A stretch of 64,000 bases of DNA from Balanoglossus misakiensis (lineage: Eukaryota > Animalia > Hemichordata). Of the stretch, positions 52,325 through 64,000 are shown piece after piece. The stretch's first letter is position 1. Each line of letters opens with the position of its first letter. The DNA is taken from NCBI GenBank assembly GCA_040954595.2, contig CM082591.2, positions 1,229,882-1,293,881 on the forward strand. Reading direction: 5' to 3'. The position numbers and the translations under genes are program-made. The notes under the pieces are model-generated. The model saw nothing but the letters and a program-made list of their open reading frames with translations. It ran no database searches and had not been told where the DNA came from.

Positions 52325-54993
52325 TCAAAAGAATGATCCAGCGAACATCACGCTGACTTCATCACCATAAGGGAATGATTCTGGCTTCCAATAATGTGTA
52401 TGATAGAATACTAAAATAAAAGAGAAAAAAAACAACAGAAGTCTGTTAATTTGTACGTTGGGTTAAAGCTCACAGAGAAAGTAACTTCTTGTGACGGAAA
52501 GAATATAACACAACGCCCTCTTTGTTGAATTCAGCCCTTTTACAAAATTGAAATTTGAGCATGCATTGTGTACTCACATATATCCATGGGTTGCAGTACA
52601 ACGCTGATGTCTGTACAGTTTTGATGACAGTTTGGACTTGGCAAGAGAACGATTTCTCTTTGCCCTGATCCCTGCGACAACCAACCATTGGCTGCTTGTA
52701 ATCCAGGCTGCAATGAAGAAGATGTGCAAGATGAAATGGCTATAGGGATGTGGAAATAATGATTTCAGTCTGTAGTGAGATTGCAATACATGAGATGTGT
52801 ACTGGTACATATAGCCGGGCCAATCATGCTTGCATTAACATTGGGTACTGTACACAGCTATTTGACAACAGTCAGCCCTATCAGGTCTGTCGATCAGTTT
52901 GCACACTGATTTTTTCCTCAAAGCTGAACACACTACAGCTAAGTACCAGAGATGTTCACATCATAAGCACTAATGATTGTTTTACTTACAATCTGAAATG
53001 GTTCAGCCTTTGGACTATCAATGAAAACATATTTCTCAAGAGTCACTTCTGCCTTCTCCGGCACAAAGTACGGCCTCGGAAATAAATCACGCAACAAACG
53101 TACACCTGCTACACGCTGTGTTCGCCTACAAAATAAAAATATTTAAATATTTAAAGTATAAAAACCTCTCAATCACATCCACCAATCAAATGCTTCACAA
53201 AATGCACCTGGTGAATAACACATTTCGATTGGATAGTTGTCAGCCAGTTCATTTGCCAGATGGTCAGTGAGGGGCCACTTCAATCATTCGAGACTCGGTC
53301 TTTGACGGACAAACATCATGGCTGAAAGTAGTGACAACAACGACTGATTCATTACCCACAGCAATTTCTGACAACCAAGTGAAGTGAAAATCGAGGGTGC
53401 CTTTTCTCTTGTCTGGTAGCCACCATTCGGCACATCCTTTACTGTAAGTATCATTTTTCTGTCATTTTTTCTCGGAGCATGTAAATTTAAAGTTATATAC
53501 TGACTACCAGGTAGGAATTTTTGATTGTAAGTCAGCACGGTGTGTGCGTACTTCAAGGAAGTTCTGTTTCGTCGTGAAAAAATGGAACTTTCGGGTGAGA
53601 CCGTGTGCGAGGGGGAAATGAAACCCCAAGCAAAGGTCAAGCCCCGTGCAGAGATTACAGAACCATGTCTATGCACCTGGAAGCAGGTCTTTCTAAATGA
53701 ATAATGGCTTCCAAGAGAACAAAGAGTCTGGGCACATGTAGTTTGGAAGATCTGCATTTGCCCACACTCACCACATAACACCGATATCAGTCTCAGCAAA
53801 GTCTCGGGCAGTGTGTTTCTCACTGTAGAAAGCCTCCAAGCTGGTAATGGACGAGTTAGAACAGATGAATGAATCTACAGCACTGTCCATTTCATCTTGA
53901 TGATCCCAGTACAAATCATGCAAGATTTCAAACGTCACCACTGTACCATCAGCGTCCTGTCAATGACAAACCAACATTTAGAAATTATGCGATCAAAGTA
54001 CCTGATGTACAACATCTTGGGGAAGAAACAAGCGAAAAAAATGCTTGTCTTCATACAGATTTACAACAAACAAATACAACATAGGAATGCAAAATTGGTA
54101 TCGCTACTTACAGTGACATAAAACGGTATTCCGTTGTGATAGTAGAATTCAGAGAAGTTATCAAAGCCGGTGAAATCCTGGATCTCGTTGACAGTCTCGC
54201 ACGCCCAACAATCCATGGGTTCATCCGAATAGAACGGATTATCCACCAAACACTCCAGCTCATGGAAAACTGATGTTCACAGACAGATAGGAAACGATGT
54301 ATGAATTAGTGATATAACTAAACTTTACAGGTATCTGCATAACATTAAAACACAAGCATAACTGGGTTGAAAACGCATACGTGCAATTGTTACTGTTACT
54401 ATGGTTACTGTACACAACGTCCATAATACATCTCGAGTCAGTCAGAAACACTTAGTGTAAACAGAGGCGTTTTATTGCATAAAATAGAAAGGGGCTAGTT
54501 CAGAAATGGGCATATCAACATAACATTAACACAGGCATAATATAGGATGGAAAATGCACAAGATTCGTCAATGCAGTGAATAATAAATGAGGTTCTTGTG
54601 TCGGATTTCTCGCAGTGTTTATACAAAAATGAACTTACCTTCGAGCTTGTACTTCTTGGTGATTGGTAGCGTGAAGAGACGAATAAGTCTCATGATGGGA
54701 TACTGCCATGACTGGGTCTGCTTCGAGATGAACTGCTGAGTTGGTCGATGAAAGCTCAGAAATATATAGAACGCGATCAGAAAGCTCAGAACAAGAGCGC
54801 AAATCCGGAGACTGTAGAGGAACTTGGACATGAACGTTGTAGATTTGCGGCGATCGCATTGCAGAGCCTGCTGGATGCACTTGTCGATCTCGCGATCACT
54901 CATGCCCCAGCTTTTACCCAAATTCTGCAATTTCTCGACATTTTCACTCAATCTGTCGTACAGACTGCCTTCTCTTTGCTGACTAGTCGCCAT
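52325..54993 (-). CDS. C6orf89: Bombesin receptor-activated protein C6orf89 (BRAP) orthologue, 349 aa
   Basis: Exons 54639-54993, 54112-54269, 53772-53956, 52990-53125, 52578-52707, 52325-52410 (1050 nt, in frame). SLYDRLSENVEKL..GMSDREIDKCIQQ, a TM helix, IRLFTLPITKKY, LLRDLFP and QGSGQREIVLLPSPNCHQNC..VVLQPMDI all resemble human C6orf89 as recalled. Confidence 0.85.
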
Positions 54994-55661
54994 CTTGCCT
55001 ACGCCTACTGTTTATGTTATTATTATGTTATGTCCATATCAATTTCCGGGAAAAGGACTGTACCATTTTACTTCAAGGGGCGCAAGAAAAGATCGCATAG
55101 GGTTTTTCAACAGTTGGGGAAAATCAAATTTACTCAGACTTTTGGAGACATTTTAAGAAGTAAAGTAGTGAAATTCCACAATAATAGTAATAATAATAAT
55201 TTATGACATATAAAAGCACATAATAATGTTAGTTTAAAACTTTATTTGATTTCATAATGAAAGGAAATGGGCCACATTTCAGCATTTAATTTAAACCTAA
55301 ACTAGAGCATGCCATAAAAAACAAAACTAAGAAAAAAATAGTGAAAATCTGCTAAGCTTGTGGTATCAAGAAACAAAAACAATATTTGAATATCTTGAAA
55401 GAAGTAATATACTGTACTTACAATATACATCTTTTAATTTAACTTGTAAATTTTAACTCTACAAAAATTACTAACAGGAGATAAATTTACCATAAATCTT
55501 AAATTTTGTAATAATTTACAATTTCTTATTTACAATGACATTCTAAATATATCTATGGTAAAATTTCTTTTTTTTGACTTCTTTACAATACTGTACATTT
55601 TTATATATATCTACATATTTATGACAACAATTCTAATTTCTTGAAGGGCTCTAATTTTCTT

Positions 55662-57500
55662 TTATGAGCTGTCCTCATCATCCAAGGTTCCCGAGGCCAC
55701 ATATTTGGTAACAAATTCCTGTGGGAGAAAAACAAACATTCTTTGTTGATACATTTAGCACTGTTTGTACAATGTACTATCAGTGCCACTATGGTTTCTA
55801 GACTATTATAAGAATAAGATTGCATTGTATTTACCTGATGGACTTTATCTTTCATCTTTGGTGAAACTTTGCCTTGCATAAAGATGACATAGTTGACAGC
55901 CTGCTCAAACACACTGGCTTTATCTGTTTTCATGGTGCAACCAGGAATCAGTTCTTTCAACACATCAGCACTGTTCTTAATTCTTGCTCTAGAATGACAA
56001 AAAAATGACATGTACTCAACTGTGATTGGTCCAAAGTTTACTTTCATATTTGCATATATAATTGCTCTTCCCTAAGTACACTAATGTGACTATGGTTTCA
56101 TTGTTTCATACCTTCTGACTCTCTCTTTGGCATTGTGTTCATCGTTTTTACAAGGATGTCTGGCTTTCTTAGCCATGTACACTTCTTCGTGGTCCTCCGT
56201 TGCATTTTCATATTTACAGTACATTCCATTTGGGGTCTCGTCTTTGATTGTATTATCAGTGACTGCATCCAGTGGCCTCTGATTAATTCTGTACATTAAA
56301 AAATATTGGAAACAAAAATCAGGTACATGTGAACTGCAGAACAAATAGTACAACTGACAAAAGTACTTTAAAAATAGCCATCACATCACACAGTGACTTT
56401 GTTCCAGGTGGGTTCATTGCCTACACATCTTAACAATCAGTGGTTTCTGTGGCTAGATTTATCTGAAGAATAATGTTGTTGGGTTACCTCTGAGACTTTC
56501 TCTTATTTGGTTTTTGTTTCTCGTTCCCGCTGGGTGAATTTTCCTCGGCTGGGGATATGTTCTCGTGCATCACCATGCCTTCACTCTGAGAGTGAGACCC
56601 AGGTGGAAATGGTGACAGAGCTCGGATCTTTTCCGTGATTGGTTGGTAGTCTTCATTCTCCCTGTGGTCGCTCATGATGCGAGCCTGGTGAAACACTACC
56701 TTCTGGGAGTCTTCATAGTCGGGGAGAAGTTTGCCCTCTGCTGAGGACACTGGTACAACCACATGTACAACAGCATTATCATAATAATGCTCATCTTGTG
56801 TCAGCTTGGAATCTACTGAATCAGTATTGACGGCAGGGTGGACTGGTTGGTAATAGCCCATAGGTTGATCTTGTGTGTATGTTGAGGCACTTGAATATGA
56901 AGAGTATAGTGAATCAGAGTAATCATAGCTATCTGCATCATATGTATTTGGAGCTTCTACCAAGTTGATTGGAGATTCTCTGTATGAAAAAAAAGAATGC
57001 CAATATTAAAATGTTCTGTAGCTGAATGACTCCTTTTGTGCAATGTAGCATGACCTGTTGATTCCTTCACTGATCATTGCTCTAACAATGTGATCTTCAA
57101 AAACCGATGCATGGAAACTGGCAAATTATGCCAAAATTTACCTTTCTCTCAACAGTCCACCGACAAAATCTGCCAGTTCATCCTTCATCGTATTGAAGAG
57201 ACTAACGCTATGGGGCTGAATTGACTGGGTCGGTTTCTCACGATTCATTCCTTCCTCATCATCAATCTTCCGAGATCTCGAGTAAACAGCATCATCCTCC
57301 ACTACATTGGGAGATGTCACGTTGTTGATGTAGTCGTAGCACTTATTATTGTTGTTGTTATTTTCAGTATTAATGTTCGAGTGAAATCTACCATCGTTGT
57401 CATTCAAACTGGTTTCTTCAAACGAAAGTTCTGCTGATTTCACAGCAAATATTTGTTTTCGTTTGTTAGAACGAGGGCTTGTTGAATCTGCAGGTAACAT
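55662..57500 (-). CDS. bHLH transcription factor, SOHLH/TCFL5-like, long low-complexity N-terminus (~412 aa; start provisional)
   Basis: Exons 57142-57500, 56488-56979, 56112-56288, 55835-55988, 55662-55718 (1239 nt, in frame). bHLH: HNAKERVRRARIKNSADVLKELIPGCTMKTDKASVFEQAVNYVIFMQGKVSP. Confidence 0.85.
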
Positions 57501-57795
57501 GTCGACTAACAAATCTGTATAAAATAACGATTGAGATTATTTATAGCGTCTGGTACACAGTTTGATTAATTTTGGTGTATGTATACAACTCCGGCTGCCA
57601 TGTAAAACCCAGAACTGAAATTAACACGACCATAATGTTGTATATTTCTGTTGTTTTCACCTGATCTCGACTACAGAAACCGTTTCAGTTTCGTTTAGTT
57701 TAGAATGCTTTTCAGATATTTAACGTTGAATCAGGACTGGATCGCAGTATTGAACTAAGCAAAAGACTCCTTTGCAGATGATGAAATCAACATAC

Positions 57796-58368
57796 CTTGT
57801 AAATATGCCGGAAAAGAGGCGACAAGTTACCCCTTTTTGGTAAATGACGGTGAAAATTAAAAGTATTTGAACAAGATAGCAGACGACCGGGACACATGAC
57901 GTCACTGTACAGCAGGTTCCTGATTTGTTCTCAAAATCAGGATGTGCATAAAAAATATTAGAAGGGGGTGAAATTCTATTAATTCAACAATAATCTTCGT
58001 AAAGCTGTCATAATTTATGACAAAATAAGTTGAACATGCTCAAAACTGAATGATATATTGATAGTTAATTAAATCTATTGGGATTGAAACACAAACATAT
58101 TTTTATTATATATCACCTAAACCCATGGACAAAATATTCTCCTATAGGAGAATGGACGCAACCAAAGTTCATATATTTTGCTACATTTATGTGAAATGGA
58201 CAACTTCCAGAGCTCGCGCTCAAGTGAAAGAAATGCGCACGCGTAAGATTGTGAAATTTACTCGCGCGAGGAAAAGCGCGTGCAAGTTCACTAGTGCAGA
58301 ACAACCACAAGTAAAACAAGTATACTGGCGAGATATCAGCAATTTTTTGGAGCTGAATTGGAAAATAG
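57796..58368. promoter_or_regulatory. Bidirectional promoter region between the two bHLH genes
   Basis: Outward-facing first-exon donors at 57796 (-) and 58368/58369 (+). Full CRE TGACGTCA at 57897-57904. CpG cluster at 58210-58285 with CACGCG (58238-58243), a palindrome CTCGCGCGAG (58261-58270) and GCGCGTGC (58276-58283). Confidence 0.6.
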
Positions 58369-58612
58369 GTAAGATTTCAGTATAAAGATGTATCCTATTG
58401 CAGTCTTAATTTACCTGCATGGACCGAACTTGGCCTATAAAATAGTGTAATTGAAATCTTGATTCATTCCCGCTCATGCCTCAAGGTAAAACTAAAAGTG
58501 CATACAAAATTCATATCATGACAGACGAGAAGTTTTAATAAGAAGTATAACATTATTTAGTGAGGTTACAGTGAAACATTTTGCTCTGATTTCTTCATCA
58601 GTACAAACGAAG

Positions 58613-60869
58613 ATGTCAGTCCAAAGAAGGGAACCATCATCCAGGATTGAAAACATGACGAGGGTGCTGTTAGTTGGGCAAAAATACCATGTCAGTCTGT
58701 CCAGCTTACTTGTGACATGTGGTGTCAATGTAACACATGTGCTCAGCATAAGAACAGCAAAGGCACTGCTACAAAACTGCCCTTTCCATCTCATATTCAT
58801 TTTACCAGATATTATTGAAGAAAATGTTGGCTCTAGACTTGCAGTAATAAGAAACTTGAGGTTTGTAATGTAATCTTGTAATGTATAATCATGTTCATTT
58901 ACACCAGCAAACATTTAGTCCAATATCCTTTGGATGAAATCTCAAGAAGTGCTGCATTTTATTCATATTCTGATTTTCGCTTTATTGTTGGTCTTGTAGA
59001 TCTTGTGAGAATGCACTGACTCCAGTAGTGTTATTGGTGGAAAAAGCCCTGAGCCCTGAAGGTATGTGTGCAAAATTCATTGCAACTGAAGAAAAAAATA
59101 TTGTGCATCTTAAGGTGTGTTGAATGTCACAAACACAACCAAATTCTGAATAAATATCCCTAATTTTCGCACACATCCTTTTCAGACACTGAGCTGCAAA
59201 CATTGCTGGATGTCAATCTGATAGCTGGTTTGCTGGTTGCCTCAGATTTGAGTGCATCAAGTATGACAGAAGTCATCCAAAACATCATAAGACACCACAG
59301 AAATTGGCCAAGACATCTTGCACCGAATAAAACAGACAAGAAACCAGATTATAAGAGAGAACTTGCACACGATGATTTGGCTGATCCTGGAAAACCTGAG
59401 AAAATGAGAAAGATGATGGAAGTGGTGGTTAATACAGTGTTGCCTGCTAGTGCTATCGCCGGAAGACGGGATCAGAAGGAAAATCAAAAGCAGGATTGGC
59501 GACTTCCTGGTGTGTCTCCAGAAGAGTGCCGTGATGGTGCAAACAGCTCGTCTGTACCTCAGCAGCTTGGTGAACACAACCGAGATCAGTTCCCGAAGAA
59601 CGATCAGCTGCAGCAGCTGAGAGTGGAACTGATGCACATGGTGCAGTCTGGACGTGCAGCAGGGGTGTCGCAGGAGGAGCTGAAGGGAAGGATATGGCAA
59701 CTCTTGGAACTGCGACTTGGGACGATGCAGCAACCGTGGTTTGGTAGGTCTGTAAGCAGGGAGACTCAACCAGGCACTGCAAGCAACTTGCAGGTGGATC
59801 TGCAGCAACGCACGACAGAGAGACAGACGCAGCCATTGCCGCAGCAAGACCAAGGACGCTGTCAGCAACCGCAACCAAAGTCACTGCAACAGTTAGCGCA
59901 GCATTCGTGCGCAAGATTGCTGGAGTTTATGAAGCAAGAACAACAGAAGAACTGTGATGGCCATTGCAAGTCTGGGCCTCTACGCCAGCGGTTAGCAGTT
60001 CTGGCAGACAATGTTCCCAGGGAGATTCCAGATGACAGCTTCCCTAATAGTCAACTCTCTGCCAAGGAAAAACATAATCAGCTGGAACGCCAACGGAGGT
60101 ACGGAAAACAACCATTAATGCAAATGTGGTGACCGGAAGTGTTGTACTTGAGTATAATGGGTCATGTGTCAATCATGTGTATCTTTGAAATCCATAAACA
60201 GTAGTGAAAATAGTGTTTCTTGGATGAACACTTGAGACGTTTCCATGTCTTTTTGTCGTTGGTCAAACAATTCCTGAACTGAAATGGGCATTTCAGGAGT
60301 GACATCAAATACCACACTTCTGCTGCGCAGTGAACATGCTCTATGGCAAGAAAAACTTTTAGTAACCATGGATTGTGTGACTTAGAAAGATAATAAAATG
60401 ACGAAATGATAATATGACATTTGGTCGAAAAGCCAAATGTTCCTTTATTTAATACAATTCCTTACTTTGCATTTACAGAGCTCGGATCAGTGACTTGTGC
60501 CAGTCATTCCGTTGTTTCATACCGGAAAATGGAATGGTGAAAGCGGACAAGGTGTCAATCCTGGAATACACGCTGGCATACATTCAGTTCTGTCAGAAGT
60601 GGATGAAAAATGAAGGCATCTTGGAGGATTTTAATAAGGTAATAACTTGGCTCATATCATGGCTTCACATTAAATCTTAATATTTAATGTTTATGTACTA
60701 TTAACCTGATACCTATACATTAACAGTAGATCATGACAGCAAGAACAGGAGTTGACTCTCCCAAGAAACACTGATCCCCCCCCCCCCCTCCCCCGAGAGA
60801 TTCTTTTTTGATATAGGGTTTTTGTCTGTCATCTTCTTCTTTTAGGAATTCATCAAACTAATGAGTTAA
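58613..60869 (+). CDS. SOHLH2-like bHLH factor with N-terminal pseudo-receiver (CheY-like) domain and Gln-rich linker, 468 aa
   Basis: Exons 58613-58860, 59000-59061, 59186-60098, 60479-60638, 60846-60869 (1407 nt, in frame). N-terminus: RVLLVG..TAKALLQNCPFHLIFI..LAVIRNLRSCENALTPVVLLV. bHLH: HNQLERQRRARISDLCQSFRCFIP..KADKVSILEYTLAYIQF. Confidence 0.85.
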
Positions 60870-61685
60870 AGATCACCTTTCCAGTATTTTTCAGACACTT
60901 CAAGACAGCATTTTTGTCCAAGTCTGATTGTTTTGTTACAAGGTTGTACCTTTGTACTGATAATGTAAGCTTGAAAAAAAATATTAATCTGTAGTTTGAT
61001 TTTGAACTTCTAGTATTAAGAGCAAATTCATTCTAGTAATTTCATATGGTTCTCGTTTCACATGCTAAGTCAACTTTTAGAAATTTCTGTCCGGTATGAA
61101 AACATTTTTTGCCGTATTTGTGCATCTTTTAAACAAATGAGTTAATGACCTCATTCTTCCATGCAGTTTTGGATAATAATACGACATGGAATAAAGAAAC
61201 AAATGACAAAATGGTTTTATTAAATATTTCAAGAATTTTATTTCATTTACTCCACAATGCAACTTGGTACATTTGTTTGATGTTCCAGTTCAGAAGTAGG
61301 ATTGCCTCACTGTGTTAAGTAAGTAAAGCAATTGCTAAATTTATGTGTGTGTGTATACGCATTGTATGTAAGGTCATTTCCCACAATTCATATCACGATA
61401 GCATCTTTGTGTGCAAATTGAGATTCTAGTTTCAAGTTCAGAAAATGTTACAGAAAATGTATCGGCAGTTTCAGCGAGTCAGAACGTACATTCTAACCTG
61501 AACATAGATGTGTACACATCTGGCAAGACCATGCATGCAGAAAGATTTTAAAATATCCGTGGAATAGTATGCTAAAATTCCACTAATAAAGCATATGAAC
61601 TTTGAAAATTACAATGCATAATAGTACAACATAGCGCTGGATCATACAAATACTTTTTAAAACATTTTGTTCTTAAAATTTATTA

Positions 61686-63979
61686 TTATTGTTGTTGTTG
61701 TTGTTGACTCTTCAAATATTCATTATGAAGTTTGTCTTGTTGTTCATAGGCCTTCGTTAATTTCTTGATTTGTTTGTTGCTGAGTGGCTCACCCTTTGCA
61801 TCATGGGAAGGAATACCCTGTAGACAAAAAAGTGAGGTCAGAGGTCAGAATTACAGGTACAAACAATTCGAGTTTCTGCAAAGATTATACGTTCCAAAGT
61901 TTGCGTGTATCACTACAATCTTGCATCACTTCATCTGTTCTGGCCAGTGTGAGGATTGAACCCATTAGCAGTCTGAGAATTTGTATTTGGACTCACCTTT
62001 GAATCAAACTGGGAATATTTATCCGTCTCCTTCAGGAAAAACTCTCCGGGTGGAATCCGACGTTGTGCTTCTTTAGCTGCTTGCCTTTCCCGTTCTTTCT
62101 GTTTGGCCTCTTCTTTCTTTCTTTGCTTTTCCTCCGCGATCTGACAAGAAATCACGGAATACAATATCAGATAGCCGTTCCCCAACAGAACAAAGTCCAA
62201 GAGTCTTTCACCAGCTGAAAATCAGTCTTTCAATACTGCTGACTGTCATGTGACCATTTCTAGTAACTATGGGTAATGCCATGTCAAAGGTCACATTTTC
62301 ATGGACTAATTCCACTAACGTAATCAAATACCAACCTGTCTTGCCTGCTCCCGTTCCTTGAGTAAGATTTCTTTGTCTACGAGTTTGACGACAGTCGGTT
62401 GGCCTTCATGATCTTCCAAACGCACTCCTAACTCCGGTAGCGTATTGTCGCGAACATCATCACAAAGTTTAAGGACCTCTACAACTGTTACAAGAATACG
62501 ATAAAAAGTTAGGTTCCGTAACTATCGTCATGTTTGAAAAGAATTCAGAAAACATCTATAGATGGAAATCTCATTAACCCTTTCACCCCAGTTCCCTCTT
62601 TAGTGATCCAACTGTACCATAGAAAACAATAGATTTGGACTGAACCATTCTGGTGAAAGGGTTAACTCTGCTCGTACCTTTCTTTTCCCTGGCAACTTGT
62701 CGTACGCTGTCTCTGAAATCGGCGAACGCCTTGACAAACGGCATTACAGTTTCTTCCAACTGTCAACAAAAATAAACAGGAGATGAGGGTTAAGTTTACA
62801 CTAAAGTGTGCCTGGTGTAATGTCCAAGTACCACTTACATATATATGACACATTATGAACAATGGCAGAAATATACACAAACACATACTGCTTTCGTTTT
62901 ACATAAAGCAATGATGGAGCCAACAATTCTGACTTACATTTGTATTGTTCTGTGACCCACCAACAGGAAATCCCATCGCTTCATCGCCCTCGATAGCACC
63001 AAACATCTGTAATGATAACAACAGTGATTTCTGACTTTAATAATTCACATGAACAATGCACAACTTTGACATCTTTCAGAAAACATTATTTCACACTGTT
63101 CCAAACAGTGAAACATGGCTGATATAATCATACATACCCCTTCTCATGCCAAACTTCCGAATAACATGACATATGGCCTTTGACCTCTGACCTACCTTCA
63201 ATATCTGTGTAAGATAGGTAGCAATATTTCTCAGCAGTATACTATTTGGTGGTATTTTGTCCGCTTTGCTGTCTCTTATGTAGATATTACTATTGCTAAC
63301 CAGTTCCCTCATCACCTCCATGGTTGATTTGGTATCTATCGAGTCACAAAGTGCCTTCTCTACATCAGATTTGCTCTGCTGAAATCTGTACAAGATGTAC
63401 GTACATGCATAAGTATCTTAGCAACATATTTGGAGATAGGCGGCCATTTTCTAAACGTACAGAGGCAGTCACAGTCAACCGAGAGATAATCGCTCAGGTA
63501 AATTTCTAGAGATTTCACATTTCTATTGCAACAGAAACTTACTGTTTAGAAAGTTTCAGTTCAGCCTGATTCCACTTCAGGAATTTTTCCGGGCCTGGAG
63601 CAGCATTCCGGACAATATCCTTTACATTGAGGAAGAATTCCTGGTGAAGACAGAAGAAAACAGAAGTCATTATGTCAGTGAAGTGTCTGATATATTGAGA
63701 GATCCTGGCTGATGTTTATTACACAAAAATACTCATTACACTTACATTCATAAATTTTTCATACTGGATTGCAATTTCCATGGTGTTATTCGAATAGTCC
63801 AACGTGTCTTTCCAGGAATGGAGTAGAAACATCAACCGGAGTTGTCTGGAAGTGTGTTTTTCCAATGCATCCTTAATTGTGATGAAGTTTTTCAAAGATT
63901 TAGACATCTTACATCCAGCAATGGTCAGATGTCCTGAATGGAGGAAATATCTCACCCAGTGGTCATTACCGTAGTATGC
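61686..63979 (-). CDS. CARS1: Cysteine--tRNA ligase, cytoplasmic (3' portion; 5' exons lie beyond the window)
   Basis: Exons 63746-63979, 63543-63640, 63196-63385, 62938-63006, 62678-62759, 62336-62484, 61997-62140, 61686-61817. Class I motif [20 protein letters not shown], plus [19 protein letters not shown] and [17 protein letters not shown]. Confidence 0.96.
62574..62665. mobile_element. piggyBac-type MITE, best-preserved copy (84 bp plus TTAA target-site duplication) in a CARS1 intron
   Basis: TTAA-CCCTTTCACC ... GGTGAAAGGG-TTAA: a perfect 10-bp TIR flanked by TTAA on both sides. Confidence 0.85.
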
Positions 63980-64000
63980 CTGAATCGGGGAGAACAGGAG

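Noticed and set aside
53284-53823. 179-aa minus-strand ORF
   Set aside because: It lies mostly in C6orf89 intron 3, is out of frame with the exon it overlaps and has no recognisable domain.
59257-59914. Two long minus-strand ORFs (205 and 153 aa)
   Set aside because: They are antisense shadows of the GC-rich, Gln-rich bHLH exon.

Overview
AT-rich, intron-containing animal genomic DNA with GT-AG introns. It is most likely a non-vertebrate deuterostome such as a hemichordate or other ambulacrarian; this is inferred from gene content and cannot be proven here. I spliced ten protein-coding genes by hand. From left to right: (1) a secreted neuropeptide precursor yielding three basic Phe-amide peptides (- strand, ~9.8-10.3 kb); (2,3) a tandem pair of 7-exon ZnT1/SLC30A1 zinc exporters (-), one canonical with a His-rich loop and promoter MREs, the other diverged and lacking the His-rich loop; (4) POLR2L/RPB10 (-), head-to-head with (5) a TSPAN4/9-type tetraspanin (+); (6) a ~1376-aa multidomain protein with a partly triplicated GT-B glycosyltransferase-like region, a TRADD-N-like domain, a coiled coil and an NHL propeller (+); (7) a C6orf89/BRAP orthologue (-); (8,9) a divergently transcribed pair of SOHLH/TCFL5-class bHLH genes, one with an N-terminal pseudo-receiver (CheY-like) domain; (10) the 3' half of CARS1 (-). 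There are also a piggyBac-type ~85-bp MITE family, a second ~330-bp dispersed repeat and microsatellites. The best candidates for new biology are the neuropeptide precursor (kisspeptin-like by motif and by neighbouring genes), the head-to-head receiver-bHLH/bHLH pair, and the GT-B/TRADD-N/NHL protein. All family assignments come from recalled motifs; no database search was run.
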